Positions 61,265 to 64,000 of a stretch of 64,000 nt of DNA are shown one piece after another. The notes under the pieces are model-generated. The model was not told where the DNA came from. It was given only the letters and a program-made list of their open reading frames with translations, and searched no databases. A program made the position numbers and the translations under genes. Source of the stretch: an uncultured delta proteobacterium. GTDB taxonomy: Bacteria > Myxococcota_A > Polyangia > Haliangiales > Haliangiaceae. Within the stretch, counting starts at the first letter, position 1; each line of letters begins with the position of its first letter. Location: positions 3,840,001 to 3,904,000 of the forward strand of contig CAWKDB010000010.1 in the NCBI GenBank assembly GCA_963848295.1, in the 5' to 3' direction.

Positions 61265-61537
61265 CTAGTGCTTTTCGGGCACGTAGTCGGGCGGCGTGAC
61301 GCCACCGTCGCCGAACAGGAACGCCTCGCACTGCTCTTTGAGCACGTCATGGGCCTTCTTCTGGGTCAGATCGAGCCGGTACTCGTTCACGATCTTCTTG
61401 CTGTGCTCGATCCACTGTTGCCACGCTTCGGCCGAGACCGACTCGTAGATCCGGGCTCCGAGCGCGTCGTTGAACGGCTTGTATGGCAGTCCGGGCAAGG
61501 ACTGATGGAGCTTCGCGCAGTTGACCATTCGACTCAT
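61265..61537 (-). CDS. yggX: Fe(II) trafficking/oxidative damage protection protein
   Basis: MVNCAKL, LGARIYESVSAEAWQQW, VNEYRL. Confidence 0.9.
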   Translation of the reverse strand: MSRMVNCAKLHQSLPGLPYKPFNDALGARIYESVSAEAWQQWIEHSKKIVNEYRLDLTQKKAHDVLKEQCEAFLFGDGGVTPPDYVPEKH

Positions 61538-61657
61538 CGCGCGCATTCGACCACACCCACCTGCATGGAGCAACGGGCAACCCCTGGCGCCAGGGACGGG
61601 TCATAGCGCGCGGCCACTGCCCTGCTATGCCGTGCTATCAACGTCCAAAGGCCGGAC

Positions 61658-62386
61658 ATGGATGAATCGATCTGGGATTGGATGAACCACGGCTTCGGCT
61701 CCATGTGGGTCGTCGTCGGGTTCTCGATGATCGCGTTTGCGGTGGTCCTGGACCGGCTGTTCGCGAGCTGGAAGTTCATTCCGCGCGCCCGTGCGCTCGG
61801 CGATGTCGTGACCCGGTGCCTATCGCGCGGCGCGGTCGAAGAGGCGCGGTCGCAGTGTGAGCGATCGAAGTCGCCGATCGCCGACGTGTTCCTGGTGGGG
61901 TTCGAGCGGAGTGGCCGCGCGAAGCCCGAGCATGTCGCGACCGCGGTCAATCGCGAACGTCTGCGCGTCAACCAAGATCTGCGCGCGCGGTTGTGGATGC
62001 TCGGTACGGTCGGCGCGACCGCTCCGTTCGTCGGCCTGTTCGGCACCGTCGTCGGCATCATGAGCGCGATGCACGGGTTCAAGGGCGACGAGACCGTCAA
62101 GTTCAGCGAGGTGTCGGGCCCGATCTCCGGCGCGTTGATCGTCACCGCGGTCGGCATCCTGGTCGCCGTGCTCGCCGTGATCGAGTTCAACTTCTTCAGC
62201 CAGCGCGCGAACCGGATCGCGGTCGAGATGAAGCTCCTGACCGACGAGTTCCTCGAGCTCCTGCTCGAGCAGCCGAGCGATGCGCAACCGAGCCGCGGCA
62301 AGAAGCGCGACGCGGAGGCAGACGACGCCGAGCCCGTAAAGACGACCAAACGCAAAGGCGACGATGGCGATCGGGAAGCTGCCTGA
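61658..62386 (+). CDS. MotA/TolQ/ExbB proton channel
   Basis: APFVGLFGTVVGIM, ISGALIVTAVG. Confidence 0.92.
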   Translation: MDESIWDWMNHGFGSMWVVVGFSMIAFAVVLDRLFASWKFIPRARALGDVVTRCLSRGAVEEARSQCERSKSPIADVFLVGFERSGRAKPEHVATAVNRERLRVNQDLRARLWMLGTVGATAPFVGLFGTVVGIMSAMHGFKGDETVKFSEVSGPISGALIVTAVGILVAVLAVIEFNFFSQRANRIAVEMKLLTDEFLELLLEQPSDAQPSRGKKRDAEADDAEPVKTTKRKGDDGDREAA

Positions 62387-62861
62387 CTCCGACGCCGACG
62401 ATGTCGGCGAAGGCGAGTCGATCTTTGCGGAGATCAACATCACGCCGCTCACCGACGTGTTCCTCGTGCTCGTCATCATCTTCATGGTGAGCGCGCTCGC
62501 GGTCCAGGTCGAGCGCGAGCACGAGAAGCAGCATCAGGTCGACGAGCAAAAGCAGGTCCAGCAGGACCAGAAGTCCGGCCTCAGGATCACGCTACCGTCG
62601 GGCAAGGCTCAGGAGATCGATACCTCGAAGACGTCCATCGTCCTCGAGGTCCCGGTCAAAGGCGACGTCGCGATCGGCGGCAAGACGATCGCCGACGGCG
62701 ACGTCGACAACCTGTTCCAGGCCGCGTTCATTCGCGACAAGAACACGCAGGTCATCTTCAAGGGCGACAAGGCCGCTTCGTACGGACGCGTCGTCAACTT
62801 GATGGAGCGCGCGAAGGAAAAGGGCCTGGTCCACGTCGCGATCCAGACCTCCGGCGGTTAG
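62364..62861 (+). CDS. ExbD/TolR family protein
   Basis: EINITPLTDVFLVLVIIFMV, KGD..ASYG. Confidence 0.92.
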   Translation: MAIGKLPDSDADDVGEGESIFAEINITPLTDVFLVLVIIFMVSALAVQVEREHEKQHQVDEQKQVQQDQKSGLRITLPSGKAQEIDTSKTSIVLEVPVKGDVAIGGKTIADGDVDNLFQAAFIRDKNTQVIFKGDKAASYGRVVNLMERAKEKGLVHVAIQTSGG

Positions 62862-62940
62862 TCGACGAGGCGCAGCCCGGTCGCGAGCGCCGCCTTCACA
62901 CGCGCGGTCATTCGGTACGACTTGACAACGCTCGGCACGG

Positions 62941-63999
62941 TTACAACAACACGCCGCCACTCGGCACGCCGGCATCGGGCGGCGGAACCGGAACGACCGC
63001 ACTGCCTCCGTCGGGCTCGACCGGCAGCGCGGTGCCGAGTGGCACGGGCGTCGTGCCGGTGGTCAACGTCGGCGGCGTGGTCGCCGGCGTCGCGGGCGCG
63101 GCGTTCGGCCCGGCCTTGAGCTCGTCGGCGACGCGGCGGACAAACGTCGCCCAGGTCTCGGCGTCGCTGACTTGCAGGGGGTGCTGCGTGGCGGCGGTCT
63201 CGAACTGGGTCGCGGCGTCGACCAGCGCCGCGGTGACATCGCGCAGGCGGATCGACGCGCGCCAGTAATCGACGTCGCCGAGCAGGTGCTCGATCTCGTT
63301 GCGTTGAGTGCGGCGGCCCGGATCGCGGGCGAGCAGTAGCGCTTGGTGTAGCTCGTCGGAGGCGATATCGAGCGCGCTCGGTGGATCCTTGTCGCTCGTG
63401 CGCGCCGGCATCGCGCTGATCGCGCGCGCGGTGAGCAGCGCTTTGGCTTGCTCGACGATCGCGGTGAGATACCACTTGCCGAGCTCGTCCTCGCTTTCGG
63501 TCTCGCGCTCGGTGCATTCGGCGTTCGAAGGCAGCGGCACCGGTTTCCATTCGGCGCCGGTCAGCGGATGCGAGCCCCACGGCGGAAACGATCGACCTTG
63601 CTCTGCGCGCATGTGATCGGTGGCGCACGTCACGAGGTAGCGCCCCGAGTTCGCCCGGCCGAGGAACACGAGCGCGACGGCGATCAACCCGGCGACGACC
63701 GCGAGCGCCGACAGGACGACGGTGCGCCGACCGCGCTGCTCGGCGCGCGCTTGTTCGTCGACCGGCGGCAGGGTTGGCGGCCGGCGCCGAGTCGGCGCGC
63801 CCACCGCGGCGGCGATATCGCCCTCCTGATAGGCCGGCGGCAGGATGGGCGCGTCGTCCGGCGACATCGGCGGCGGCATCGGCGGAGCGCCATACGCGGC
63901 GATCGGGTCATAGCCGGGGGGCGGCGCGAGCTCGTGCGGCTCGTGTCCGTGCTCGTCCGACCGTCGCTGCGACTCCTCGATGGGCGGTTGCGGCGGCCC
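62941..63999 (-). CDS. Pro-rich single-TM hypothetical protein, 5' end probably outside the window
   Basis: Frame stays open from the window edge to the stop at 62941. Confidence 0.7.
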   Translation of the reverse strand, partial: GPPQPPIEESQRRSDEHGHEPHELAPPPGYDPIAAYGAPPMPPPMSPDDAPILPPAYQEGDIAAAVGAPTRRRPPTLPPVDEQARAEQRGRRTVVLSALAVVAGLIAVALVFLGRANSGRYLVTCATDHMRAEQGRSFPPWGSHPLTGAEWKPVPLPSNAECTERETESEDELGKWYLTAIVEQAKALLTARAISAMPARTSDKDPPSALDIASDELHQALLLARDPGRRTQRNEIEHLLGDVDYWRASIRLRDVTAALVDAATQFETAATQHPLQVSDAETWATFVRRVADELKAGPNAAPATPATTPPTLTTGTTPVPLGTALPVEPDGGSAVVPVPPPDAGVPSGGVLL

Positions 64000-64000
64000 G

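Overview
GC-rich bacterial DNA whose gene content points to Myxococcota, possibly Kofleriaceae-like (inference from the FHA-sigma54 activator, Ser/Thr kinase, ECF/FecR pair, many lipoproteins and a MYXO-CTERM-like tail). Layout: (1) 0.2-11.7 kb pilin, Wza-like export protein and hypothetical genes, two of them frameshifted (probably assembly indels); (2) 11.7-17.6 kb purine/urate catabolism cluster (puuD, allB, alc-uraD fusion, uraH, citrate-lyase/malate-synthase-like gene); (3) tRNA-His(GUG) at 18022-18098, a tandem integration hotspot: a ~12.6 kb integrative element (int, xis, rep-like, serine recombinase, secreted cargo, DUF3800 with a candidate small RNA), a ~1.75 kb remnant with an MNT-HEPN pair, and a scar of a third integrase; (4) 34.8-42 kb arsenic cluster (sigZ-like, arsM, two arsC, acr3, arsR, arsJ, gap, pstS); (5) 42-48.7 kb same-strand run rph-rdgB-lipoprotein-Gly/Cys-rich protein-Lgt/beta-barrel fusion; (6) 48.7-64 kb signalling and envelope genes. 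Best candidates for undescribed biology: the Lgt-beta-barrel fusion with its doubly anchored Gly/Cys-rich partner, the DUF3800 gene bracketed by structured non-coding elements, and a perfect 41-bp intragenic inverted repeat. All family calls come from reading motifs by eye; no database searches were run.
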